Shown here piece after piece: positions 56,292 through 64,000 of a DNA stretch of 64,000 bases. Source of the stretch: Desulfobacterales bacterium (GTDB lineage Bacteria > Desulfobacterota > Desulfobacteria > Desulfobacterales > JAUYIZ01). A program made the position numbers and the translations under genes. The stretch is taken from NCBI GenBank assembly GCA_030688615.1, contig JAUYIZ010000358.1, positions 1,006 to 65,005 on the forward strand. Reading direction: 5' to 3'. How positions within the stretch are numbered: the first letter of the stretch is position 1; the number at the start of each line of letters is the position of its first letter. The notes below the pieces were generated by a model. The model ran no database searches. It was not told the origin of the DNA and saw only the letters and a program-made list of their open reading frames with translations.

Positions 56292-56597
56292 ATGGCAAAA
56301 GCCGTTAGACAAACTCTGATCTGCCTGCTCGTCCTGGGCCTGGTGCTGGTTCCGTTCGGGCCGGGCCGGGCCAGGGCCGAAGGTCCGCTCACGCCGGATG
56401 AAATCGGGGTCGAGCAGATGATGGCTGATTTGGCGCTGGTCAGGCCTTTGGGCATGGTTGCCACGGCCCTGGGCTTTGTATGTTTTACCCTGGCTCTTCC
56501 TTTTTCAGCCCTGGGCGGCAATACGGAGGCGACATTTCTGAAACTGGTCAAAGAGCCTGCCAAATTCACGTTTATAAGGCCGCTGGGTGATTTTTAA
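56292..56597 (+). CDS. Small exported/membrane hypothetical protein (101 aa)
   Basis: AAAGGAGA RBS 8 nt upstream of the ATG. A signal peptide ending ARAEG and one further hydrophobic segment are present. Confidence 0.5.
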   Translation: MAKAVRQTLICLLVLGLVLVPFGPGRARAEGPLTPDEIGVEQMMADLALVRPLGMVATALGFVCFTLALPFSALGGNTEATFLKLVKEPAKFTFIRPLGDF

Positions 56598-56630
56598 ACC
56601 TGCGGGGTTTTCCAAAGGTCTCTTAACGGG

Positions 56631-57911
56631 TTACCGTTCATCAATGGGTTTATAATCCCTTTCAGGCTTTCCCATATAAACCTGCCGGGGTCGACTGATT
56701 TTCCAATCGGGATCTTCCATGCTCTCCTTCCACTGGGCAATCCACCCGGGCAGGCGGCCGATGGCGAACATGACCGTAAACATGTTTGTGGGAATCCCCA
56801 GGGCGCGCAGTATGATCCCGCTGTAAAAATCAACGTTGGGATACAGGTCGTGCTCGACAAAATAATTGTCTTTTAATGCCGCCTCTTCCAGCTCCTTGGC
56901 CAGCGCAAGGAGAGGATCCTGGATATTGAGCTTGGACAGCACCTTGTCGCACATCTTTTTTATGATTTTTGCCCGGGGATCATAGGTCTTGTAAACCCGG
57001 TGGCCAAAACCCATCAGCCGGAAGGAAGTTTCTTTGCCTTTGGCCTTTTCAATGACGTCATTTGCACTGAGGCCGTTTTTTTCCATATTTTGCAGCATTT
57101 CGATAACCGCCTGGTTGGCCCCTCCATGCAAAGGCCCCCAGAGCGCCGCGATTCCGGCCGATATAGAGGCATAGAGATTCACCCTTCCGCTTCCTACCAC
57201 CCGGACCGCGGTGGTGGAACAGTTTTGCTCATGATCGGCGTGAAGGATCCAGAACACATTGAGCGCCCGGACAATGTCTCCATCGATGTGGTATGGTTTC
57301 ACGGGGGTGTCGAACATCATGTTCAAAAAATTTGCGCAGTAGGAAAGGTCGGGCCGGGGATAGACGACTTTATGGCCGCGCGATATTTTATAGGACATGG
57401 CCGCCATGGTTCGTATTTTCGATATGAGCCGCGTCGTGGTAATGTTGATTTCCTCTTCGGCGATCTGAAGCGCCGGATAAAAGCTTCTCATGGCGCCGAC
57501 CATCGAGGAAAGAATCCCCATGGGATGAGAGGCCCTGGGAAAGTTCTGGTAAAAATTCTGCATGTCTTCGTGGACCAGGGACTGGTCGTTTAAAAGTCCG
57601 GAAAAAGTCTCAAGCTCCTTTCTTTTGGGCAGCGCGCCGTTGATTAATAAATAGGCGGTCTCGACAAAAGTGGAGTGCTCGGCAAGCTGATCCACCGGAA
57701 TGCCCCGGTATCTGAGAATGCCCTTTTCTCCGTCCATGAAGGTGATCGTGCTCAGGCAGCTGCCCGTGTTGGTATAGCCCGGATCCAGCGTAATGAGCCC
57801 CGTCTTGCGGCGCAGCGTTGAGATATCCACCGCCTTTTCACCTTCCGTGCCCGTAATGACAGGCAGTTCAATGGTTTTGTCGCCATATATGATCTTTACG
57901 TATTCAGTCAT
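56631..57911 (-). CDS. gltA: Citrate synthase
   Basis: GYTNTGSC, HADHEQNCSTT, LWGPLHGGAN and GFGHRVYK are present. The start MTEYVKI is preceded by AGGAAAGG. Confidence 0.9.
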   Translation of the reverse strand: MTEYVKIIYGDKTIELPVITGTEGEKAVDISTLRRKTGLITLDPGYTNTGSCLSTITFMDGEKGILRYRGIPVDQLAEHSTFVETAYLLINGALPKRKELETFSGLLNDQSLVHEDMQNFYQNFPRASHPMGILSSMVGAMRSFYPALQIAEEEINITTTRLISKIRTMAAMSYKISRGHKVVYPRPDLSYCANFLNMMFDTPVKPYHIDGDIVRALNVFWILHADHEQNCSTTAVRVVGSGRVNLYASISAGIAALWGPLHGGANQAVIEMLQNMEKNGLSANDVIEKAKGKETSFRLMGFGHRVYKTYDPRAKIIKKMCDKVLSKLNIQDPLLALAKELEEAALKDNYFVEHDLYPNVDFYSGIILRALGIPTNMFTVMFAIGRLPGWIAQWKESMEDPDWKISRPRQVYMGKPERDYKPIDER

Positions 57912-57970
57912 CTTCGATCCTTTCCTCATGGTATCCAAAAAGAATGCAGGCTGAACCGGTGTCCGCCCGT

Positions 57971-58036
57971 GGCGTGCGCCGCAACCGCTACGAAATGCAG
58001 CGCAACGCGGAAATCGGGCTTTTTACGGAACCGTCA
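57971..58036. mobile_element. MITE-like repeat, right-half copy B (~66 bp)
   Basis: GGCGTGCGCCGCAACCGCTACGAAATGCAGCGCAACGCGGAAATCGGGCTTTTTACGGAACCGTCA aligns with the right half of copies A and C. The breakpoint falls inside the central palindrome. Confidence 0.7.
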
Positions 58037-58962
58037 CAGTTGATCTCACAAAGCATGCTGCCGTTGCCGCAGGATGACGTTTCAAACTGCAACACCGGGT
58101 GGTCGATGCCGAAATGATGAAAAAGCTTGTTGCGGATAATTTCGTTCAGCGCTTCCGTGTGGCTCACCGGCTGTTCCGCAACCACGACATGGCAGGAAAA
58201 CGCAATGCCCGAGGAACTCAAATTCCAGGCATGAAGATAGTGGACCCCGATGATCCCGGAAAGCCGTTCCAGCATATCTTTGATCTCATCCAGATTCAGC
58301 CCTGCAGGTGTTGCATTCATCAAGACGTTGCTTGCTTCCTTGAATATGCCCCAGCAATTTTTCAAAATAAAAACGACAATGAGCAGCGATAACAATGGAT
58401 CAATCCAGTACCAGGGCTTAAAGATAAGGATGATCCCGTTGATGACCACCACCACGGAGGTAAAAAAGTCCCCCAGCATGTGAAGAAAAGCCCCCCGGAC
58501 ATTCAGGCTGTGTTTGGAATCTCTCAGGAGCAATCCCGCGGAAAGCCCGTTTCCCACCACCCCGACGCCTGCAATCCAGGCCACGATGAGCCCGGAAACA
58601 GGCTGCGGCGCGTACAGGCGGTGAATCGCGCCGTATATGATAAAGATGGATGCGCCAACGAGCAGCGCCACGTTCAGCAGCGCCGCCATAATCTCGGCGC
58701 GGCGGTATCCAAAGGTGTTTCGGACCGAAGCGCCTTTTTTCCCGATGCGAAAGGCAATATAGGAAATTAAAATCGCCGTGAAATCGCTGAAATTGTGTAT
58801 GGCATCGGAAATAAGCGCCATGCTGTGCGCGACCAGTCCCCCGATGATCTGTACCAGAGGAATGACCAGATTCAAGGCCAGCGTCACCAGGAGCCGGGAC
58901 CCGATGGTGTCTTTGATTTCGCCGCGAAGGTGCGGTTTATTATGATCGCATGGGTGCTGCAA
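57988..58962 (-). CDS. Cation diffusion facilitator (CDF) family metal efflux transporter
   Basis: ALISDAIHNFSD, HMLGDFFTS and six TM segments are present. The start is a TTG, and the N-terminus is His/Cys-rich. The last ~16 codons (CDGSVKSPISALRCIS) are encoded by repeat copy B. Confidence 0.8.
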   Translation of the reverse strand: MQHPCDHNKPHLRGEIKDTIGSRLLVTLALNLVIPLVQIIGGLVAHSMALISDAIHNFSDFTAILISYIAFRIGKKGASVRNTFGYRRAEIMAALLNVALLVGASIFIIYGAIHRLYAPQPVSGLIVAWIAGVGVVGNGLSAGLLLRDSKHSLNVRGAFLHMLGDFFTSVVVVINGIILIFKPWYWIDPLLSLLIVVFILKNCWGIFKEASNVLMNATPAGLNLDEIKDMLERLSGIIGVHYLHAWNLSSSGIAFSCHVVVAEQPVSHTEALNEIIRNKLFHHFGIDHPVLQFETSSCGNGSMLCEINCDGSVKSPISALRCIS

Positions 58963-59146
58963 ATAAATTTCCTAATAATGTAAATCTTAAAACATGGTGA
59001 ATTCGAGTTTTACCAATTTACTGCATAATATAATATTTATACTTTATTTGGCAATAGAAGAAATGCGGTTCGGCCCCTGCCGGCAATCATCCCTGGAAGC
59101 GGCGCGGCTTTTTGCTTGACAATCCCCGGCCGTCATATTCAAATAA

Positions 59147-59188
59147 AATGCCTATGTATTTTGTTCCTAATTTCAATGCATAGGCATT
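59147..59188 (-). terminator. Rho-independent terminator candidate downstream of the methyltransferase gene
   Basis: AATGCCTATG (59147-59156) and CATAGGCATT (59179-59188) form a perfect 10-bp stem. On the minus-strand transcript the stem is followed by UUUAUUU (59140-59146). Confidence 0.5.
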
Positions 59189-59197
59189 ATGCTCAAT

Positions 59198-59761
59198 TCA
59201 AAGATCTCGCTTCATGGCCACCAGGGAAGCACTGTACGTGCGCGCGCGCTTGCGTCCTCTTTCTTTTTCCTGGTAAAACAATATGTTGAGTGACAAGAAG
59301 GCGTGCAGCAGCTCATTTTCCCGCAATAAATAGTCTTGGCCGGGTTGATCGCCGGCTGTTTCTCCGGGGGCCGCCAGGCAGGTTTCAAATATAAGGATGC
59401 CGCCCGGGGCGAGCCCTTCCCGGATATGGGGGAACAGCCGCCGGTTCAGAAACCGGATATTTAATATCAGGCTGTACCTTTTTTTCCGGATCTCGAAGAA
59501 ATCAAGGTCCGCGCATATCGGATTTATCCGCGGGTGGCGTTTAAACAGCCGGAACAGGGCTACATCCGACACATCCACGGCATCGACCTGAAAACCTTTC
59601 TCCGCGGCCAGCAGGGAATTGCTTCCCACACCGGCGCCAATGTCCAGGGCCCTGCCCCCCGGCGCCCGCCCGATAAATTTTTTCACGATCCGGGCCGGGG
59701 CATCCGGATAGGCTGCCTTCAGGTATTTTTCATTCCATTTTTTCCGCTCTTCCAGCGTCAA
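59198..59761 (-). CDS. Class I SAM-dependent methyltransferase (TehB-like size)
   Basis: ALDIGAGVGSNSLLAA and VDAVDVSDVAL are present. Length is 187 aa. Confidence 0.7.
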   Translation of the reverse strand: MTLEERKKWNEKYLKAAYPDAPARIVKKFIGRAPGGRALDIGAGVGSNSLLAAEKGFQVDAVDVSDVALFRLFKRHPRINPICADLDFFEIRKKRYSLILNIRFLNRRLFPHIREGLAPGGILIFETCLAAPGETAGDQPGQDYLLRENELLHAFLSLNILFYQEKERGRKRARTYSASLVAMKRDL

Positions 59762-59903
59762 TCGGTCCTCTCACGGGTTGTCTGGTTATCTGGTTTGTCT
59801 GGTTTACTGGGTCAAGGCCATATTATACTGGACAACTACTGCCGTTTATGTTTTTTTACCCATGCGGCCGCGTCAACAATAATGAGACCTTTATCTTAGA
59901 AAA

Positions 59904-61013
59904 ATGTCAACGGTAATTTTCAAACAAGCTGCCTATCACTACCCTGATTTATACCCGGTGGTGTCTCAGATGCTCGACGCGCTGTCCGGGGCGATTTCCT
60001 GGAACCAGGCCAGGGTGCTCATTAAACCGAACCTTCTTCTGGCGGCCAGGCCTGAAAAGGCCATTACGACCCATCCGTTGATCATCAAGGCCGTTGTGGA
60101 ATATGTGCAGCGCCGGGGGGGACAGGTGCATATTTTCGATAGTCCCGCCATAGGCTCCATGGATAAAATAGAAACCGGCGGCGGGTATCGGGCGGTCTTA
60201 CATGACCTGGGCGTAAAGTTTAAGGCCTTTTCCTCGCAGGTAAAGGTGGATATCGGGGAACCGTTCGGCCGCATCAGCATGGCCCGGGAGCCATTTGAGG
60301 CCGATGTCGTAATCAACCTGCCGAAGCTAAAGACCCATTCCCAGATGCTTCTCACCCTGGGCGTTAAAAATATGTTCGGCTGTGTCATCGGGCTGGAAAA
60401 GCCCCAGTGGCACCTAAGGTCGGGTGTCGACCGGGGGCTGTTTGCAAGACTGCTGGTCCAGATTTATCAAGCCGTCCAGCCGCCCATTACGCTGCTGGAT
60501 GGAATCCTGTCCCTGGAAGGCCAGGGGCCCGGGAAAAGGGGAACCCCCAGGCGGCTGGGTGTAATGGTGGGCGGGAACAATGCCCTGGCCGTGGATGCGG
60601 CGGTATGCGGCATGCTGGGAATTGAGCCGGACCGGCTGTTTACCAACCGGGCCGCAGGACAGATGGGGCTGCTGGATTTCACCATCGATCTTCGGGGAGA
60701 AACCATAAAGGCCCCGGGGTTCATTCTGCCGGTTCTGGGCTCCCTGGACATGGGGCCGAAACCCTTGCACAAATTTATCCGAAAACACTTTCTCCAGAAA
60801 CCCGTTGCGGAAAGGCACCTGTGCAAATTATGCGGCGAATGCTGGAAATATTGCCCGGCCAAAGCCATAACTCCGGAAGATGAAAAGATCCGGTTTGACT
60901 ATGACCGATGCATCCGGTGCTACTGCTGCAGCGAGGTGTGCCCCCATGGCGCCCTGGATATCGTGGAACCCTTTCCCGGCAAACTGATGCGAAAGCTTTC
61001 CGGCCTCCGGTGA
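59904..61013 (+). CDS. DUF362-domain protein with a C-terminal 2x[4Fe-4S] ferredoxin domain
   Basis: VLIKPNLL, NLPKLKTHSQM and LDGILSLEGQGP are typical of DUF362. The C-terminus has CKLCGECWKYCP and CIRCYCCSEVCP. Confidence 0.7.
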   Translation: MSTVIFKQAAYHYPDLYPVVSQMLDALSGAISWNQARVLIKPNLLLAARPEKAITTHPLIIKAVVEYVQRRGGQVHIFDSPAIGSMDKIETGGGYRAVLHDLGVKFKAFSSQVKVDIGEPFGRISMAREPFEADVVINLPKLKTHSQMLLTLGVKNMFGCVIGLEKPQWHLRSGVDRGLFARLLVQIYQAVQPPITLLDGILSLEGQGPGKRGTPRRLGVMVGGNNALAVDAAVCGMLGIEPDRLFTNRAAGQMGLLDFTIDLRGETIKAPGFILPVLGSLDMGPKPLHKFIRKHFLQKPVAERHLCKLCGECWKYCPAKAITPEDEKIRFDYDRCIRCYCCSEVCPHGALDIVEPFPGKLMRKLSGLR

Positions 61014-61046
61014 TATGTATTTCTGTGGCAACTGCCCAGATGTACC

Positions 61047-61075
61047 TTGACAGTCCCAAAGATTTTCAGTATGAG
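61047..61075 (+). promoter_or_regulatory. Putative sigma70-type promoter of ssb
   Basis: TTGACA (61047-61052), a 17-nt spacer, then TATGAG (61070-61075). It lies about 70 nt upstream of the ssb ATG. Confidence 0.35.
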
Positions 61076-61143
61076 TTTTAAACAGGCTGGCTTCATAAAA
61101 ATTCGGAACATATTTATGACAATCACTACAGACGGAGGTCAAC

Positions 61144-61581
61144 ATGGCAGGCATAAACAAGGCAATACTGGTGGGCCGGTTAGGCAGGGACCCGGAGATC
61201 CGTCATACCACGGACGGCCGGGCGGTGTGTAATTTCAGCATCGCAACATCGGAAGAATGGAAAGACAAAGAAAGCGGGGACCGCAAAGAACGTACGGAGT
61301 GGCACCGGGTGGTGGCTTTCGGCCGCCTGGGTGAAATCTGCGGTGAGTACCTGTCCAAGGGAAAGCAGGTCTATCTGGAAGGCCGCATTCAGACCCGGGA
61401 GTGGGAGGACAAGGAAGGCAACAAAAAATACACCACCGAAATCATCGCAAACCAAATGCAGATGTTAGGCGCCAAGGATTCTTCGAGCGGCGGCAAGGGT
61501 TCCGGATCCTCGTCAGGCATGGATTCGTCCGAACCATCCTATCCGGACTCGGAGCCCCGGGATGAAGATATCCCCTTTTAA
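61144..61581 (+). CDS. ssb: Single-stranded DNA-binding protein
   Basis: [20 protein letters not shown]...[14 protein letters not shown], a Gly/Ser-rich linker and the acidic tail DEDIPF. Confidence 0.95.
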   Translation: MAGINKAILVGRLGRDPEIRHTTDGRAVCNFSIATSEEWKDKESGDRKERTEWHRVVAFGRLGEICGEYLSKGKQVYLEGRIQTREWEDKEGNKKYTTEIIANQMQMLGAKDSSSGGKGSGSSSGMDSSEPSYPDSEPRDEDIPF

Positions 61582-61594
61582 TCCGTGGGAAAAA

Positions 61595-61630
61595 CTGGGA
61601 TTTTAAAAATCTCAGGGATTTTTATTCTTG
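61595..61630. terminator. Candidate bidirectional terminator hairpin between ssb and tatA
   Basis: CTGGGATTT (61595-61603) pairs with AAATCTCAG (61607-61615) in a 9-bp stem with one G.U pair. It is followed by GGATTTTTATTCTT. The hairpin overlaps the tatA stop codon. Confidence 0.35.
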
Positions 61631-61794
61631 TCAATTTTTTCAGGCTCATCTTTTTCGGCTTCACTGGTTGCGCCCTTAAAGTTTCTTATGGCTTTGCCCA
61701 TGCCCGCGCCGATTTCCGGGAGTTTGCCCGCGCCAAAAATAATTAAAATTATTACAAGGATAATAATAAGTTCCGGCATTCCGATTCCAAACAT
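61612..61794 (-). CDS. tatA: Twin-arginine translocase subunit TatA/E
   Basis: [42 protein letters not shown]. Confidence 0.9.
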   Translation of the reverse strand: MFGIGMPELIIILVIILIIFGAGKLPEIGAGMGKAIRNFKGATSEAEKDEPEKIDKNKNP

Positions 61795-61889
61795 ACGCCC
61801 CCCCTGTTTGAGACCTTTGCAAAAAACGTGTTCCCTTTTTCAAAGGTTTCTAACTGTCGAAAGTTGAAGATTTCATAGCATCGTAAAAC

Positions 61890-62027
61890 GTCAAAGTTCA
61901 GACGGCTTTGTAAAAAGCTTCAAGTTCAAGGCGCGCAAATTTCGTGCGATGAGGCGTACTTTTCGTACGCCGCAAGCGCAGCGAAATGCAGCGCAACACA
62001 GAAGTTGTACTTTTTACGAAACCGTCA
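61890..62027. mobile_element. MITE-like palindromic repeat, full copy C (~138 bp)
   Basis: Collinear with copy A, differing only by scattered substitutions. The terminal inverted repeats are GACGGCTTTGTAAAAAGC and ACTTTTTACGAAACCGTC. The central hairpin is GGCGTAC-ttttc-GTACGCC. The right end contains the TGA stop of gene 62025-62438. Confidence 0.75.
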
Positions 62028-62438
62028 AGACTTCAGTTCGTGAAGAAGCTTCCTGAACTCTTTGGATTGCAAATAACGGTCAATGGCATTCTGATAGCCG
62101 ATCCAGGTCTGCCAGGTCTTCATCCAGGCTTCATTGTGCCAGTAGTTCTCAGGATCATCCCGTCCTGTAAGTTTTTCAATATATTCGATATACTCCCCGG
62201 AGCAACTTTCACAAAACCGGTAGGGCACGCTGTGCTTCCGGTCCCGGTCCGCCGGGGTGTCCTCATGGCTTTGAATTTGCGCGCCGCACTTTTCACATTT
62301 GAACGCACATTGAGCGCACTGAAGAACCTGCTGCACCGCCTGGAGCTTGCGCTGCCGGGTCAACGCGATTTTTGCCCCCCGGGATGCTTTGAGCTTCTGA
62401 TCAATGGATATAATATCGGCCACGGCAGCTTTCTTCAC
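62025..62438 (-). CDS. Cys-rich hypothetical protein (putative zinc ribbon)
   Basis: CAQCAFKCEKCG ... CESCSGEY gives a four-plus-Cys pattern. Length is 137 aa and I cannot assign a family. Confidence 0.45.
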   Translation of the reverse strand: MKKAAVADIISIDQKLKASRGAKIALTRQRKLQAVQQVLQCAQCAFKCEKCGAQIQSHEDTPADRDRKHSVPYRFCESCSGEYIEYIEKLTGRDDPENYWHNEAWMKTWQTWIGYQNAIDRYLQSKEFRKLLHELKS

Positions 62439-62642
62439 ACCTTTAGTAACATCTTTTCTTTAGATGTAATATATAACATGGATTATTCCGGTGTCAAACA
62501 TTTCCGGCAATCGCCATGTCGTTCACCATTGATCAAACGGATCTTTTCTGCTATCTGTGTGTAAATATCCTGGCCCTGAGGACCATGCTTTGGTTATCCC
62601 CGGAGGGGATTTGCTTGGTTGGAAGTTCATGGTATGATTGAA

Positions 62643-62751
62643 ATTACAAATAGCAAACAATTTCCAATGACCCAAATTCCAAAATCCAAACGATGTCCCG
62701 TCCTGGAAGGTTTGGGTCATTGAATATTGGAATTTGAGATTTGTTTGTAAT
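62643..62751. repeat. Long imperfect inverted repeat (TGGAATTT/AAATTCCA-rich) in the etfB leader
   Basis: ATTACAAATAGCAAACAATTTCCAATGACCCAAA (62643-62676) pairs with TTTGGGTCATTGAATATTGGAATTTGAGATTTGTTTGTAAT (62711-62751). The inner 11 bp pair perfectly (AATGACCCAAA / TTTGGGTCATT). Confidence 0.6.
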
Positions 62752-62859
62752 TTGGTGCTTGGAATTTATAATTTTAGACCCAAAACGCCAAGGCAGAGCC
62801 ATCTATCTCTAACCTGGCCCCGAGGACCAGGTTTTCTATGTTTGGATAAAGGAGGCGCC

Positions 62860-63636
62860 ATGCAGTTGCGCATTATCGTATGCATTAAAGCCGTCAGCCT
62901 GTCTCTTCCCCAAACGGGAAAAAGCAGACCCGTCGATGCCATCGAATTGAATCCTTTTGACCGGCCCTCGCTGGAGACGGCCTTGCGCCTGCGGGAAGCT
63001 TACGGCGGCACGGTCACGGCGCTTTCCATGGGACCGATATCGGCTTGCGGCGTGCTTTCCGAAGCCAGGGCCATGGGCGTCGATCAGCTGGTCCTGGTAT
63101 CGGACCCCGTGCTGGCAGGTTCCGACACCCTGGCAACTTCCAGCGTGCTTGCAGCGGCCATTAACCGGCTGGCGCCCTTTGACCTGGTGGTGTTCGGCAC
63201 CCGCAGCGCCGACAGCGATACCGGCCAGGTGGGCCCTCAGACGGCAACCTTGCTGGAACTGCCTTTGGTCACGGGCGTGCGGTCCGTTTCCAGGGACAAC
63301 GCCGTCCTTCACGTGGAACGCATTTCAGATGGTTTTATGGAACAATTCGAACTGACCCTGCCGGCGGCCTTGACAATTCATTCAGGCTCCGTTCAGCCCA
63401 GGGACGTGGACCTGTACGGGATTGAATCTGCTTTTTCCGAGCCGCGGGTGACGATCTGGCAATTAAACGACCTGTCCGTACCCTCCGACCAGGTGGGGGA
63501 GGCGGGTTCTCCCACCCGGGTGACCTCCCTGTCAAAAATGAAAAAAGACAGAAAATGTGAATTCATATCCGGAACAGCCGAGGAACAGGCTGAAGCATTG
63601 ATTCACCGGCTGGTAGAGTCGGGCGCCATCGGCTAA
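62860..63636 (+). CDS. etfB: Electron transfer flavoprotein beta subunit
   Basis: The start MQLRIIVCIKAV is preceded by AAAGGAGG. NPFDRPSLETALRL, LSMGP and DLVVFGTRSADSDTGQVGP are present. Confidence 0.85.
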   Translation: MQLRIIVCIKAVSLSLPQTGKSRPVDAIELNPFDRPSLETALRLREAYGGTVTALSMGPISACGVLSEARAMGVDQLVLVSDPVLAGSDTLATSSVLAAAINRLAPFDLVVFGTRSADSDTGQVGPQTATLLELPLVTGVRSVSRDNAVLHVERISDGFMEQFELTLPAALTIHSGSVQPRDVDLYGIESAFSEPRVTIWQLNDLSVPSDQVGEAGSPTRVTSLSKMKKDRKCEFISGTAEEQAEALIHRLVESGAIG

Positions 63637-63646
63637 AGGAACATGC

Positions 63647-64000
63647 ATGACTGACAAGAAAAAACCGGAAATCTGGGTATTCGGCGACCTAAGAAACAAC
63701 CGGCTTTTCGATTTATGCCTCCATGTGCTGGCCAAGGCAAGAGGTCTGGCCCGATCCCTGTCCGGTCAGGTTGTCCTGGTGCTCATCGGGCCGCCGGGCC
63801 GGGATGATTCGCACCCGGCCGCCGACACCCCGCGCTGCTTCAACGTTCTTTCCGCCCAGAAGACGGCAGTTGCTCACGGGGCCGACCGGGTTTTCTTTTT
63901 TCATCATAAGGACTTCGGAACCCCGCGGGCGGATATTTTTTCCGCCGTCCTGGCCCGGGAGGTGGCGCATCGGCGTCCCCGTCTGGTCCTCTTTGCGCTT
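63647..64000 (+). CDS. etfA: Electron transfer flavoprotein alpha subunit, 3' partial (runs off the window)
   Basis: My own translation reads MTDKKKPEIWVFGDLRNNRLFDLCLHVLAKARGLARSLSGQVVLVLIG...ADRVFFFHHKDF...RPRLVLFAL. The frame is open to nt 64000, which is why it is absent from the ORF track. Its position after etfB and its N-terminal layout fit EtfA. Confidence 0.65.
   Translation, partial: MTDKKKPEIWVFGDLRNNRLFDLCLHVLAKARGLARSLSGQVVLVLIGPPGRDDSHPAADTPRCFNVLSAQKTAVAHGADRVFFFHHKDFGTPRADIFSAVLAREVAHRRPRLVLFAL

Noticed and set aside
62523-62720. 65-aa ORF (…GFWNLGHWKLFAICNFNH…) in the etfB leader.
   Set aside because: It is a translation of the TGGAATTT-rich inverted repeat. It has no RBS and spans both arms of the palindrome.

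Overview
About 55 protein-coding genes from a GC-rich (by eye) bacterial chromosome. Gene content (EtfAB, several UbiD paralogs, DUF362-ferredoxin, TAXI-TRAP, many lipoproteins) suggests an anaerobic, Desulfobacterales-like deltaproteobacterium, but that assignment is tentative. No rRNA, tRNA, CRISPR array, transposase or phage genes were seen. Housekeeping genes include panC-metK-ahcY, priA, a SWIM-SNF2 helicase, gltA, ssb, tatA, nadK and etfBA. Five things stand out. (1) A ~16-kb minus-strand supercluster (11.2-27.6 kb) encodes only secreted or lipoprotein scaffold-type proteins: LPP20/FlgP-like, FlgT-like, CsgG/LpoB/FlgO-like, DUF799-like, TPR, SLH, FN3 and beta-helix. It sits directly downstream of a CHASE2-cyclase / FecR / output-less CHASE2 signalling operon. 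This is my best candidate for an undescribed envelope structure. (2) An MlaE-MlaF-MlaD-like operon has an ATPase in which every nucleotide-binding motif is degenerate. (3) A cluster of three UbiD paralogs also carries two half-size permease genes, a flavoprotein, a ferredoxin and an ABC importer that lacks a binding protein. There is no ubiX in the window. (4) Two families of small non-coding repeats are present. One is a ~138-bp palindromic MITE-like element whose end repeatedly supplies or abuts the stop codon of minus-strand genes, and which shows compensatory arm changes in a mini-copy. The other is a heptanucleotide tandem-repeat element. (5) A repeat-laden 420-bp leader precedes etfB, an NSS transporter gene is frameshifted in a T7 run, and an AT-richer islet carries a transporter gene remnant. 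All calls rest on reading the translations and the DNA by eye; no searches were run.
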